From: Ptychomitrium polyphyllum | Lineage: Eukaryota | Length of the DNA stretch: 64,000 nucleotides | Reading direction: 5' to 3' | NCBI GenBank assembly: GCA_973851085.1 | Contig: OZ316775.1 | Coordinates: 21,886,001-21,950,000 of the forward strand | In this document: positions 24,700 through 37,329 of the stretch, one piece after another | How positions within the stretch are numbered: position 1 is the first letter of the stretch | Layout: each line of letters begins with the position of its first letter | The notes under the pieces: model-generated | The model's database searches: none | Told to the model about the DNA's origin: nothing | The model's input: only the letters and a program-made list of their open reading frames with translations | Made by a program: the position numbers and the translations under genes

Positions 24700-27600
24700 T
24701 AATAGAATATGTTTTTCAATTATATTATGATTTACAACTCTTGTAATTTTTTTATTAAATCCTACTCCTTATTGAAATATGAACTATTAAATTATATCCA
24801 AAATGCTTTTTGTTTTTAAAGATTGTAATTCAAAATTTTGGAAATCACTTGCCATTCATTAAAAGCCAAAAAATAATTTTAGTTAAACCTTCTTAGTAAT
24901 GCAATGATTAATTTCCATCATTAATTATTGGCCTCACTTCTTCAATCTATGTACTTTGTTAAAAGAAGAATTCAACCATGTTGTAGACTAAAATTCATAA
25001 TGGCAATACTTGAGATTATAGCATCCAAAAACAATAAAATCAAGAAAACAATGGCAACTAAATAAAACATGTTATAATACTACAAATTAGTTTTGGAGTA
25101 CAAATCTTTAGGTGCATAAGAAATTTTTAGTATTTGTTTTGATTCTCTTCTAAAATTTAGTACCTTCTTTTATTTTTTATACCATCATCTCCATTTCTTG
25201 ATACATTCTTTTATATTTTTAATATTTTAACAAATCAATTTTCTTTGCATTGTAAATGTATTAATAGATTTTTATTGTTTCTAAACTGATTAAAATAAAA
25301 ATCTCTTTTATTTTTATGTTTATATTTTAGCTTTTTACTAAAGAAGTCATCTTACTAATATAACAATTAGTTTTTTTTAAGAATTTCTCTTTTTTGACTA
25401 TTTTAATTAAATTTGGAAGTATTATTAAGATTTTAACTCAAAAATGCATCAATTTAAATTAAGCAAGTTATTGTTTTCCTTATAACTTTTTTTCTTTAAG
25501 AATTCTTTAAAACCTTAGCAACCATATAAATATATTATTAAATTTGCTAAAAATGAAGAATATAAATTTTGTATGATTTCATTTTTCTTGCTTCATTCTT
25601 TAATATTTGATTCTTAAAAAATTCCATCATTTTTGCATTAATTTGACTATAATCACATCTCATGTCCCTTATTTTTTAAGAATTGTATATTTTATTTGCA
25701 TGATTTTTATAATAGCATCTTTTATAGTTGTTTTATTGAAATTGAAGCAATTTAAGATTATAAAATTATAAAAAAGGATCCTATTTTTACATATACTATT
25801 GTCTTTGGAACATATATATTGAAATTTTGAAAATTCTTTAGTATCAAAAAAATTAAAGTATAATAGAAGAATATAATATAAAGATTAAAATAATATTCTA
25901 ACTTAATTTTTGTAAATTTTACTAGTTTAATTTAATTAATTTAGAATTTGATGTACATCAAACTTTTTTTTTAATTCCATTATTCTTCTCCTTAAAATTC
26001 TTAAATAAAATATATTTTTTAATTTTTACAATACCTTTTTATCTTTTGTTTTATTGATTTCAAATTTTAATGCCAAATGATCAATAGAATAAGAAATTTG
26101 ATGTAGTGGCGTCTTTTATAAAAAAATTAAATTTTAAATTTTGCACATTTTTTTGAGGGTTTTAATTATATATATTAATCCAAAGTTAAACTTTACAAAA
26201 AAAAATCATATATTTTATTAAATCTAAATGCATTTTTATTTTGTATTCTTCAATCTTTAACTTTCTAATATTAAAAAAATTATATGTTAAATACATATAT
26301 ACATATCTTCTAAGGTAAATTTTTTTAATTGAAATATGAACAATTTATGATGCCTATATGCAATGGATGTCTTGAATATCAAGAAAGTATGCTTGGACAT
26401 TTTCACTATTTTCTTTAAAATGGCTCTTTGAAGGAAGCTTATCATATTTTTGAATTTTCTTATAAATAAAAGGTCATGAATAAAGCATCATTGTAGCACA
26501 TATTAAGTGCTTCAATAGAAACAATCAGAATCTTGCATAAAACTTAAAAGTTATATAATATCAGTGAATAAGTTATCATTTTCCTTGTACATTACACACA
26601 AGACTTAATCAAGCGTAAGAAAGCATGATTATCAAAAATTATGTTATAAATCATTCATATGTCAATAATCAAATACTAACCAATATATTTAAGTCATAAA
26701 TGTAAATGTTTAATAATTACAATTAATTTTATAATTGTGGCTATTGGCCACTCAAAGACAAGTCTACTAATTGTGGTTATATCATTTGTAAAGTTCCAAC
26801 ACATAAATTGAAGGCATCAAATAACCTCAAGCCAAGCCAATCTCTTTAGTATTTTTAATTTTAATAAGCATAAGATTTGCATTACAATATTTGATTCATC
26901 TAAAGTTTGTGAAAATGGTTTATTATAAAATCTTGTACACACTATAATTTTCTTAATTCAACCTTGTGGCTAAATAGATAGTTATAACAAACAAATCAAT
27001 TAGATGTTACAAGCGAGAGGGAATTTTGGAAATACAAAATTGAAGGTAGTTGAGAAACTCAACTAAAATGGATTCTATGTTTTCAATCATTTGAACTTCT
27101 AATAAAAATGATGTTTACATCTCAACTTCAATTAAAGTTTGTTGGTAAGTTTTATTATAAAATTTAATTTTAGATTGTAGAAATCTAATATTAACTCAAT
27201 AGTTGAATCAAGTGTCATAACAAATCAAATAGACAAAAACCATAAGCAATTGATTAATATTGCATCTTAGTGTTATGCAAGGATCAAGATCCAAAATTTT
27301 ACCTTGTTTATTTAGGAGTAATTATCAATAGAAGGAAAAAATACTTCATGCTTTATTTCAAAGCCAAAATTGCCACTTCAATATAATCACCTATATTTTG
27401 AAAGACAACATCTTTTTGCCATTGACTTTTAGTATGAAGGTCCAAATATACAAACTTTAGCTCCAAACCAATCAAGCTAATGATTTCTTTTATTTTGTTT
27501 GAATAACAAACATTTTATAAACTACATCTTTTATAATATATTGATTTTATTTAAAATTGTAGTGTGCAAAATGAAATCCTACAATGGTATTTATCAAGTA

Positions 27601-27900
27601 AAGTTAAAGTCCAACAATCAAAGGAAATCTAAAAGTTCTAAAATTGTTTATGAAGCATTAATATGAAAATATACAAGTAAATTATTAGATATTGTGGTCT
27701 AATGAAAAATTACATTTATAAAGTGAAGTTGAAAAATTTGCAAACAACATAGATATTTCTTCCATTCCACTAACAAGCTTTGGAAGATACAATTTCAAAT
27801 TGTTACAAGCACTTTCAAATCCAAAAGAAAATTATAGATTATTTGAGGTGATCCATAATTATATATAGCCTGAAATTTTATTATAAATTACAAAATATAA
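24700..27900 (-). pseudogene. Probable highly eroded LRR receptor-like kinase relic (boundaries approximate)
   Basis: Fragments in the expected order on the minus strand: C*WNG (27761-27775), YLDL (~27445), IPSRL*HLIDL (~27010), KEIG (~26840), SENVQAYF (~26400), hydrophobic stretch (~25045), W..SSFNKV (~24970), LMNGK (~24855). No intact ORF. Confidence 0.4.
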
Positions 27901-28624
27901 TTTTCAATCCATCAAATAATCTGAAAGGTGCCCATGATATAGATTATTTGTTTAAAAATGACATAATAAAAAAAATGATCAATATCCTATTGTTATGAAA
28001 GTCATACATTTTTGCTTAATTTTTTGTGAAATCACATAAAAAAGAAAAGGTTGCACATGCTATGGCCGTTTGCATATTAATTTAAACAAAAAATTCAACT
28101 CTTGGTTTTAGTTATTTATAAAAAAATTAATACATGGATGAAACAAAAATGGGATTAAAACGTGAAACCACCAAAGTGTAATAAAGAAAGTACATTCAAA
28201 AGGCTCTTGATCAAGAATCTAGTTGTAATTACACTAATTGTTGTCATTATTGTGAAATTCAATAATAGTGTGAATTCACCCCAATCCTCACATGAAATTC
28301 TATCTGAGACTCTTCAAATAATTAATGAGAAGACATTAATAATAATAATAATAACAATGAATGGTATTTAATAAAATTTATTAAAATAATAGTATGTTTG
28401 TTGATTTCTCAAAATTATTAAAATAAATATTAAATATTTACTACTTTATTCACACCACAGTAATAGTGCAGGTCACACAATACGTACAGTACCAAAACAT
28501 TGAGAATTCTCAATCCGTGACACAGTAATGGCAGAACAGGTGTATTTTGAATAATTGTAACGAAGTGGTCACTGCTATAAATATTGTGTACAAGTCACCT
28601 TCTGCAGCTTTGCTAAACTTATAT

Positions 28625-30251
28625 TCACTTTGATTTGTCCGTAGTATCCGTATACTTGTGCAAAATACTGTGGTTGGAACGCTGACGTTGCTGTAGTTTG
28701 GCCATGGTCTGGAAGAGACTGCCATCGTACATGCCCCGAATGTGATCCTTGGACACAAAGCCCTCAGCATCCTTGATGAGCAGGTATGTAATGAGCCACT
28801 CCAGCTTCTCTGCGAACCACCCGAAAAAATCGTATGCATTCATCTGGGAATTGGTCATCTCTAGCAGTTCCCAGAAGCTCAGCCGTGTCTTGCCACTCTT
28901 GGAAAATTTGCTGAACAGCTCCTCGAACTTCTCTGGCACAAACCTGAGAATAGAAGATTATGCAAACAACAAAATAATTCCTTAGAAGTCTGGCTTATAA
29001 GTCATTAGGGTTCCAACCTTTGACTAAAATCTCTTGTATTGTTTGACGCTATATCTTAGTTCCAAACATATTTCATCAAATTTCAGTACAAAAAAACGGA
29101 TGAAAGTTTCCCAAGGTAGCAAGAACGTGCATGTTTTGGATGAACGAAATCATGCAATGTGCTCTAACCCCAAAATGCAGCTCTCTTCACTATGGAACTG
29201 GAGCTCTGTTCACTATGTAACCACGTTATTCGTTTGCAACTTCAATGTCAACATCTCGTCTGTTGAGTCATGTAATCGTTCTTTAGAGTAATTATAAGCA
29301 GTTATAGTTACATCAATGGACTATGTACCTGCCCTCGGTGTCATACACTTCGGTGTCACTCCCATGCTTGTCCTTATGGATGTTTTTGATGTAGATTGGA
29401 AACAATAGTGACGGAATCCAGGACTGCACAGAGAGTACACATTTAATATTGATCCCAATGCACACCTATCAAATGATATATTCTAATTAGATGAAATAAA
29501 TAAGTTGAGAAAGTAGACCAAATTATTAATATGTGCCCAGCAGCGAAAGTTGAAAGAAGTGGAAGACTGTAACTTACATCCAAAGTAGCGTAACTGAAAG
29601 CTCCGTTGATAAGCACCATCGCTAGAAAACAGATCAACAAATTGAATCCGATGGCCCGGAATCCTGCAGTAACAGTATTAGTACAGGTACAACATCATGT
29701 TACTGTGACATGAGGAATCCAGGGGAGCTGTTACGAATTAATACTATTGCAGCACATATATCGAAGTAGATATGAATTTGGATCTGGTGTAAGCGTTTTG
29801 GATCCTAAATACCAATGAAAGTCTCCCAGGGATAAATGATGCCGTCCTTGTTCAGATCAAAGAACATGACGTGCTGTTGCATCACGGAGTAGCCATTGGT
29901 CTGATACCCTGGAGTGCCATGCGGGTGCTCTGCGTCCACAGCCTCCAACGCCCTTGGCACGTCTGCACCACCATCGTGCACGATGGGCTACTTGGGTTAC
30001 AACATCACTACTGTACTACTACAACTGCACTTCTAATGTAATATCACTAATAATTTATGAAGTCATCTGATAGAAATTACGTTGTAATGATATCGGATGA
30101 TGCAATTATTAGAGTACTTACTTGGGCGGGGAATGGCTTCGAGGAGATGAGGGGAGACGAAGCGTTCGGAGGTCACAGGGGCCCTGGGCGCCACCGTCTC
30201 TACTTCATTATACTCAATCCCCACACGATCGCCATCGCCCCGCTCAGCCAT
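28625..30251 (-). CDS. Caleosin / peroxygenase; exons 30251-30122, 29962-29813, 29663-29578, 29423-29329, 28943-28625 (~259 aa)
   Basis: [10 protein letters not shown]-hand [13 protein letters not shown], proline knot [34 protein letters not shown]; consistent splice phases. Confidence 0.93.
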
Positions 30252-30436
30252 CGCTATGGCGGTGGAACTGTACTACCCCTTTGTTCAAGTGAAAACAGTT
30301 GAACAGAATGATGCTAATTAGAAGAAGCTGAAGAGCAAGCTTGGTTTCTGATGAATATGGAGCCTTCAAGTGAGAGTCAATTAGTGGAAGCGCTGTGGCA
30401 TAGACGGATTGACAACAGTGGATGATCGATTTTGTG

Positions 30437-30665
30437 ATATATATCTTAGGAACCTTTGAATAAGGATAAGATTCAGTAGGAGTATGTGACCAGAAGAAGT
30501 GCAATGTTTTCTTTTGAGACGTTCTAACACAGGATTAGAAGTAGACGGCACGTTCGAACGTGGATAGCGTAATGAATCTCAAAGCAGATGATTAAGTAAG
30601 CGTGAAGTACGTCCTTGATTGGCAGTGATGGTTACAAAGAGCCTAGACACGTTCACAACGTACTG
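30437..30665 (-). promoter_or_regulatory. Caleosin promoter: TATA-like box, ACGT-core/ABRE cluster, CCAAT
   Basis: TATATA at ~30439-30444; palindrome CACGTTCGAACGTG at 30549-30562; ACGTGTC on the minus strand at 30646-30652; further ACGT cores nearby. Confidence 0.45.
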
Positions 30666-33486
30666 ATCGTCTCCGTTTTACAAGATACCCCACCTGAGTA
30701 TCACAGCTGTATTAGGCGAGCACCATCTAAATTCCAACCGAAAAGTAGACATGGCAACCTTCCCCAAACTCCTGAAGGAAGGGGAGGGGAAGAAAGATGT
30801 GCTGCACGGTACTGCTACTAGAGTTGGTGGATCCCAGACCCAGCAAAATACAAACCCTTGACACACCCCACTAAAAACTCAATATGATAGTCCTCGTGGT
30901 GTACTTAATTGACAATTGCATGAGCAATTCTGCAGTCGTACCCCAGAGTGTTAGCAGCAACAATATTCTAGATTCCAAATAGTTTGGAGCTATGGCAAAT
31001 TCGTGCTGTGACGTAGCCAAACAGTTCGCTAGGATAGCAGGTCTATTTAATCACTAATCACTACTTTCGTTCAGCTTTACTAACTGTTAATCTGTTACTT
31101 GACTGCTCAGATCTGCCCTAGAATTGAACTCCGAGTCTTACCGGAGCAAGTTTCGTTCTACTCAATAAATCCATGTGCACGCATTCTGCGTCTCTCTTCT
31201 GTCGAACCTCCTTTTCCAGTCACCTCATCTGATCGAATTTTTTCCTCAATTATGATGAGCAACTAATATTCAAATTCTCTTGCTACCACCACCCACCTCA
31301 ATAAATGATCCTGGGGCCCATTTCAATACAGTCCACATGCGGTAAGTCACTTCCTACTGCACTGCGGTAACGTGACTTGCTATATCCAATTGGAAGCGAG
31401 ATCTGAAGTTTTAGAGTGAACGATACCTCGTCGTGACAGCCTTGAGTAACGATTTGTTGTACCTTGTGCAGTATTAGTTGACGCCTAGTTCAAGGAATCG
31501 GTGCCATGTCATTAGTTTGATTATTCTATGCTCCTTTCAATTCTTTTGGAACCTGTACGTATTTCCTTCCAAAATACGAATAGCATTGCAAATCATGTTG
31601 CTGTAGAATTGTCTTTAATAGCAATTATATATGCAGTGCCATGGGAAAAATATAAGAAGGCACAAGAGGCGCCCAACGTCGTCAACAGGTTACATCATAA
31701 GCCATGGCACTTGGACGAAGATGTTACCAAATCTGCTACTCAGTTGATATTAGACCATTGACCCTCTGCTTGGCCTTCTCCACGGAGTGCCACGGCGGCT
31801 CAAGGTACACGAGTGTCGCTATCGTACATTCTTTGTGCCGTGACTATGTCTGTACATGCATTGCGAGCGAGGTGTACTTTAGTGTGCTCCAAGCCTGTAC
31901 TGTTCTTTTAAATGAAACCTCCCAGCAACAGTGCAACATCTTGTGTACAAGATGGATCGACACTTAGTGCAGGATGCACCATAGAGTTGCTTAAGTTAAC
32001 TTTGCATTATTATTCCTGATTCAACAATATTCACTTGTTGAGATGTTGTGATGACCCCACCCTTATATACATTGAATTAGTTCATGGTTGAAGGAGGTTG
32101 CATGTGGTCCTTCAGAATTCCTCTTTTGACATATAATTTCCATAACAATTACAGTGATGAAAGCAAACTTCAACTGCCAATGGAAGTTTCTACAGTTCTA
32201 TCAAAGGTTCTTTTATTATCATTGCTTGTCTATGGAGAACTCAAACTAGCATTTTTGTGGCATTTTATTCAACAGTAAATACTTACAAAAAACAGTAAAA
32301 CCCACTCACTTTGTTGTCTGTGGTGTATCAGTAGAGACCCTAATCATAGCAGTCTGCACCATAAGATTCTTTAGCCAGATAACTCTCCACCACTTGTACA
32401 TTGGACTATAGTAGACAATATTTCGTGAAGTTTAGAATGTGGAGAAAGAGCAGAGTACTAGTGTATTCTACCAGTGTTGACCATAGTGCAAGGTTATCAT
32501 GTCAAAGAATGTGATGATAAATAAAACAATGTTATGACGGTTGATCACGGTTTAAAGTTCTCATACTTGATCATGGTGTAAGGTAATGACATTTGATCAT
32601 GGAACAGGGCACATAAAGAATGTTAAGGCAAATACATAATTTAAGACAGTACTTATCAACTTACAACATTCAACTGTTCACTAACAAGTCAGTGTAACCA
32701 AATACCAACTATATTATGACTTGGTAATTACTCACTAGAACAGGTCATTAAAAATAGTTGTAATTATTTCTGCAGCTTGTGAGACGTTAAAGATTTGGAC
32801 AAAAAGAAGGCAGAAAGATAACAGCTTTATCTGTAAAAACAAAGACTTCGAAAAACTACGCTCTTTCAATAGTCGATTTTATTAGTCTAAAATAGCAGGC
32901 ACATGAAAACTTTCTTTCTGATTTTCTCTAGTTGTGACATAACCAGAACCTCACAAAATAGTGAAGTAAAAAGTGGCAGTACTCGTGTGACATTGAGATG
33001 CCTGAAATTAGCTACGCCGTCGGTCCTGTCCTGGTCTTGCACTCTTCGAAGACTCTTCATTGATGTGTAATCAAAGCAGTTTAGCATTATACAAGACAGA
33101 TCCTCGCCGTCAGGGATTCACCATCCTTCTCTTCCGGTTGTGAAACAAAACAGGCGAATACAATATCAAATGGTCTTAATTGAATACTTTACACTCTTCC
33201 ATGTCTGAAAAAATTGACTATCCACCGCAGAGATGATCACGGTGTTCAAAGAGTCTTCAGTAGAACACCTCCTCTTGTGGAAATAATCTAGCTAGCCTAT
33301 GAAACACTACGATAGTAAAATTATCATTTTTAGCCGAATCTTATGGCGTAGAGGGGCAATTTCATCAAAAATTCACGTTCACCCCAGTAATTTAGTTGTC
33401 ACAATAAATAAACAACCCACTCGAAATAGGAGCCCTGACCCGATTCAGCTGGTAATTGAAGGAAAGCTTCAATGCGCACAGGAAAA

Positions 33487-36400
33487 TTACGGCCTTTGCT
33501 TTTCGTTCCATTGTTGTAAAAATGTCTTGCCTGCTTCATACGTAGACCAGCAAATTGCAGCTGCTGGTGTATGAAACAGAATACGAGGTCGCATGCCTCT
33601 CCAAAGGGCACCTGGTCCTTCTCGTTTTATTATACTGCGAGCTGCTGCCAAAACAGATCCGCTAGAGTATTTATCAGCTCCATTTACACCCTGTGGACAA
33701 TTACCAACAAACATCAAAATCCCTGCTATGAAACAGGGTCATCTCTAGCACAGCATAATTTCGTGAGTACTGATCGCTCAGTCCAATCATACCTTCCAGC
33801 CAGCATCATTGCGGGACCCAAATAGTGCACGGAAAAACAATGTGGCCACTTGAACAAACTAGCCTAGTTTCAGAAACTTGAACCATCTTAGCAGGTAACT
33901 ACTTCAAAGCCAAAAACACTTCAGAATAAAGTTGCAAGAATTATTTATGAGTTCGAGTAAATGCAGAGCCTGTAATGAAGATCATACAAAGAACAAAGAA
34001 GTTCTTCAAGTCCAGATAATCAGACCACTACACCCGAACCTGTTGGTCATAATCTCTGCCGCAGTCAATAAGAATGTGGAATGTTAAGTTAACTAGATGG
34101 TCATATTTCACTAGGAATTTTGGCAACCTTGCCTAAGATTGCTGAAAGCTTAAAATTACCACCTTTAGTTGAAACAAGAGAACTGAGATGGGTTATAGGC
34201 AGGATGTTAACTAGGACTCACTTGGCACTGCAATCTTGTCTTGATCACGTCAAGTGGGGTTGTAATAGCACTAGCTAAAGCTCCAGCAGCTCCACCAGCA
34301 GTAATGTGAATCACTAAATGTTCCTCATCTGCATATTCTGGATAAATCTCTGCTAAAACCTGCAACATACCAAGATCCAGAACTCATCAAAACCAGCGAC
34401 CAGCACATTACGAAGTCTTCACAATCACGTCAACCTACATACATCGAACAATAAAAAATCTAGACAGCGACGAAAATTTAGAAATGCATTCCTCAAACTC
34501 ACAAACAATAGACGATGCTAAAAATTGAAATCTAGAGAAATCAGAAAGACAAAGCCGATTGGCCACAACAGATCACAGACAAATGCTGATCTCCAATTTT
34601 TTTCCTGCTAGAACTCTAATATTTCTGAGCTCAAAATGAATGGCTACCGTGGACGCCTATACTCAGAAAAAAACACTTGAACAGGAACACAAAGAGAGGG
34701 AAAATTACAGGACTGCCTAGTGTGAACATTTTCTACACTAAGAACGTAAAGAGCTGATAGTGATCACAGTTTAGTCCGGAAACAGTCAATGAAAACACTT
34801 AAAAGCAGACCTTTAACTTAGAGTGCTCCAAATTAAATAAATATAACAGCAATCCAAACAATTTCTTGGAGTGAAAGGTCAGCTTTGGTAGTGTTACTCT
34901 CGTATAAGAACTGAGATAGTGCGCTTCCTAAACAACCAGATTTGATTATTCCACCTCACTATGTCACATAATGAAACTAATCATAATTATAACGAGATTT
35001 TCATTCACGCAAGAACATGAAAGTCTCGATCTATGATAAAAAAAAACGGATTGGCTACGAACGGGCTAGCTCACTGTGAGTCGCGGAAATTCCCAGGCAG
35101 AGCCCAACGCGATTGTGTGAGCCTGAAACTTAAAATGTGCAGTGCACCTTACAGCGAATTGACTTAAAAGCAGCACAATGCATCAAAACTGCTCTCAGCT
35201 GTAATTAACACTCTCAAGAAGTCGGCTAGAATGAACAGAAGCAGGACCATTTGCAGGACTACAACTACGTCACCATGTACAGTCTCCACCGGACAAGGAC
35301 CGCTTCTTGAACCACCTACGTAGAATTTCGGGCTGCTCGCGTAGCAACCAAGCACGCGCTTCTAAAGGATTGCTGACCACGAGGCTTTACTCACAACAAG
35401 TATTATATAAAGGCAAATACTTCATATCCCAGATAAAGTGAGTAGGAGACGCTTTTGTGCAAGCCCGCTAGCTATTCTTCCAGACGACCGGGAATTCAAA
35501 AAATCTACTACCTTGCGAGTTTGATTAGTGAACATCAAAATTCGCATAACCGCCTAACGGATTACAATTTCGGGGCCCGACAAGCAGCCTCTAAAGCAGC
35601 GTAAGTATAAAAAAGACAAATTGGTCTACGGAGAACTCCTAGTAGACCAAACAACAAAAGAGCAACACCAACGTTCTTGAAAGTGCAAAAACCAATGATC
35701 AAATTGAGCAGCGGTTCAGATGACATCGAAGAACAAAACAACATCATCACCTCCGAAATCAAGAGAAGCTCTCCACTCAAACTCACGATGCAATTTAGTA
35801 ACCCTCATCTTCTTAAATGAGAACAATAAAGTCAATTACAAGAACTTTCCAAACTTCCCCCCCCCAATTCAAGAATACGACTTCCGTTTCACCGTCAAGA
35901 TAATAAAACATACCTTCTTCCCCGCTTCATAAGCCGCGAAATGAACAGCAGTAAAAGGGACGTTCATCACCACAGTAGTCCTATAAGACCTGTAAAATGC
36001 AGATAATCCTTCCTCCTTCATCGTCTTCCTTATGCAATCCATAACGCCAACATACGGACTATGCCGCAGCTGCAACCGCTGCTTGACCACATCCATGGGC
36101 GTAAACACAGCGTCACTAGCAATCGTCGCCCCGGCTCCGGCCAACGCATGCGCAAAGGGATGATACCCCCTCCTATTTCCCCCTAACGACTCCTTCAAAC
36201 TCTCATATGCCGCAAAGTAGACCGCATGCGCCGGCCCCGCCCCCAACCCCATCGCCCCAATCCCCCTATACAAACCCAGCGGCCCCTCCTTCCTCACAAT
36301 CGCAAAAAACGCCTTGTACACAGTGGTGTGCGCGGACCCACCCGCGCTCTGCAGCATCTGCATGCGCGTCTTCACCAAGTCCACCGGAAACATGGCCATG

Positions 36401-36600
36401 TGCTCCACCATCCCGGCCACGGACCCCGCCAGCATGTACTGCTCAAACCCTAACCCATCGTGCAGCCCGAGCTCGGAATCGGGATGCACCATCGTCGCCC
36501 GTTCCGCCTCCGCCATCGCGCCATACCGCAGCTTCTCGGCGTCCTCCCTCGTGCGCAGAAACGGCCGCTCTCGCAAATCCGCTGCCACTCCCTCCGCCAT
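33487..36600 (-). CDS. Mitochondrial carrier family protein, mitoferrin-like iron transporter; exons 36600-35914, 34359-34222, 33690-33487 (~342 aa)
   Basis: Three carrier signatures (PVDLVKTRMQ, PMDVVKQRLQ, PLDVIKTRLQ); mitoferrin-type VEHMAMFP, GAGPAHAVYF, MNVPFTAVHF, HTPAAAICWSTYE. Confidence 0.93.
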
Positions 36601-37329
36601 CAACGACCTCGAAACCCTAAAACAGGGAAACCGAGCGGGTTCTCGCTCTGTGGTGCGTCAATCCGAGAGATATCAGTGCCGAGAGCACAGCGAGCGCTTG
36701 TAGAGCCCCATGGTGCGCGGCCCTAATTCCACATGGGCGCTCAGGGACAAAACTGCGTCCCCAGCAGTGGTACCGTCGCAATTGTAGCGATCGGGCCTCG
36801 TGGACACACTCGCGCTGACGCAAAAGGAGCATCTCCACTGGCATGCGACGGAGATCCTTCCGCAACCCCGAGCAGCCCCTTTCCTTGCAGGCAGTTTCGT
36901 GTTTCTCACTCCCGTTGGCTCCACAACTCCTTGGCCCCGACGCACCAAAACCGTCACGCCGCCCATAACCCATATCATCCTCTGCAGCTATACATTTCCC
37001 TTCCTAAATCTTCTCATTTCGCAAATGACTTCTGTTTGACGTTCGGTGACGAAGCATATTCACAGATTCGACATTCTTCACGTAGATGGCAAAACTTTAT
37101 CAGCAAAGTGTACAGTTTTAGTAGATGGCGCGGGTTTTTTGGGGGATCTGGTGACGGTTTTCGGATATGCGTCCATCATTAGGATTTTTTGGTGTCGGTG
37201 GGTGGCTTTGTAGACTTGTATTTGGAGTTTCAACACTCCACCGCACAACCATAGTACTGCGATTCTAATGTATGATCCACAGAGAGGCGAGAAGGTATGG
37301 AGGAAGGTAGGATCCCTTTCAACCAAAAG

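Noticed and set aside
35068..35122. Imperfect hairpin in mitoferrin intron 1 as a miRNA or MITE
   Set aside because: The stem is short and interrupted, and no TSD is present.
36207..37182. Several overlapping ORFs around mitoferrin exon 1 and promoter, including a short MGLYKRSLCSRH uORF
   Set aside because: Expected in GC-rich DNA; no recognisable motifs and the TSS is unknown.
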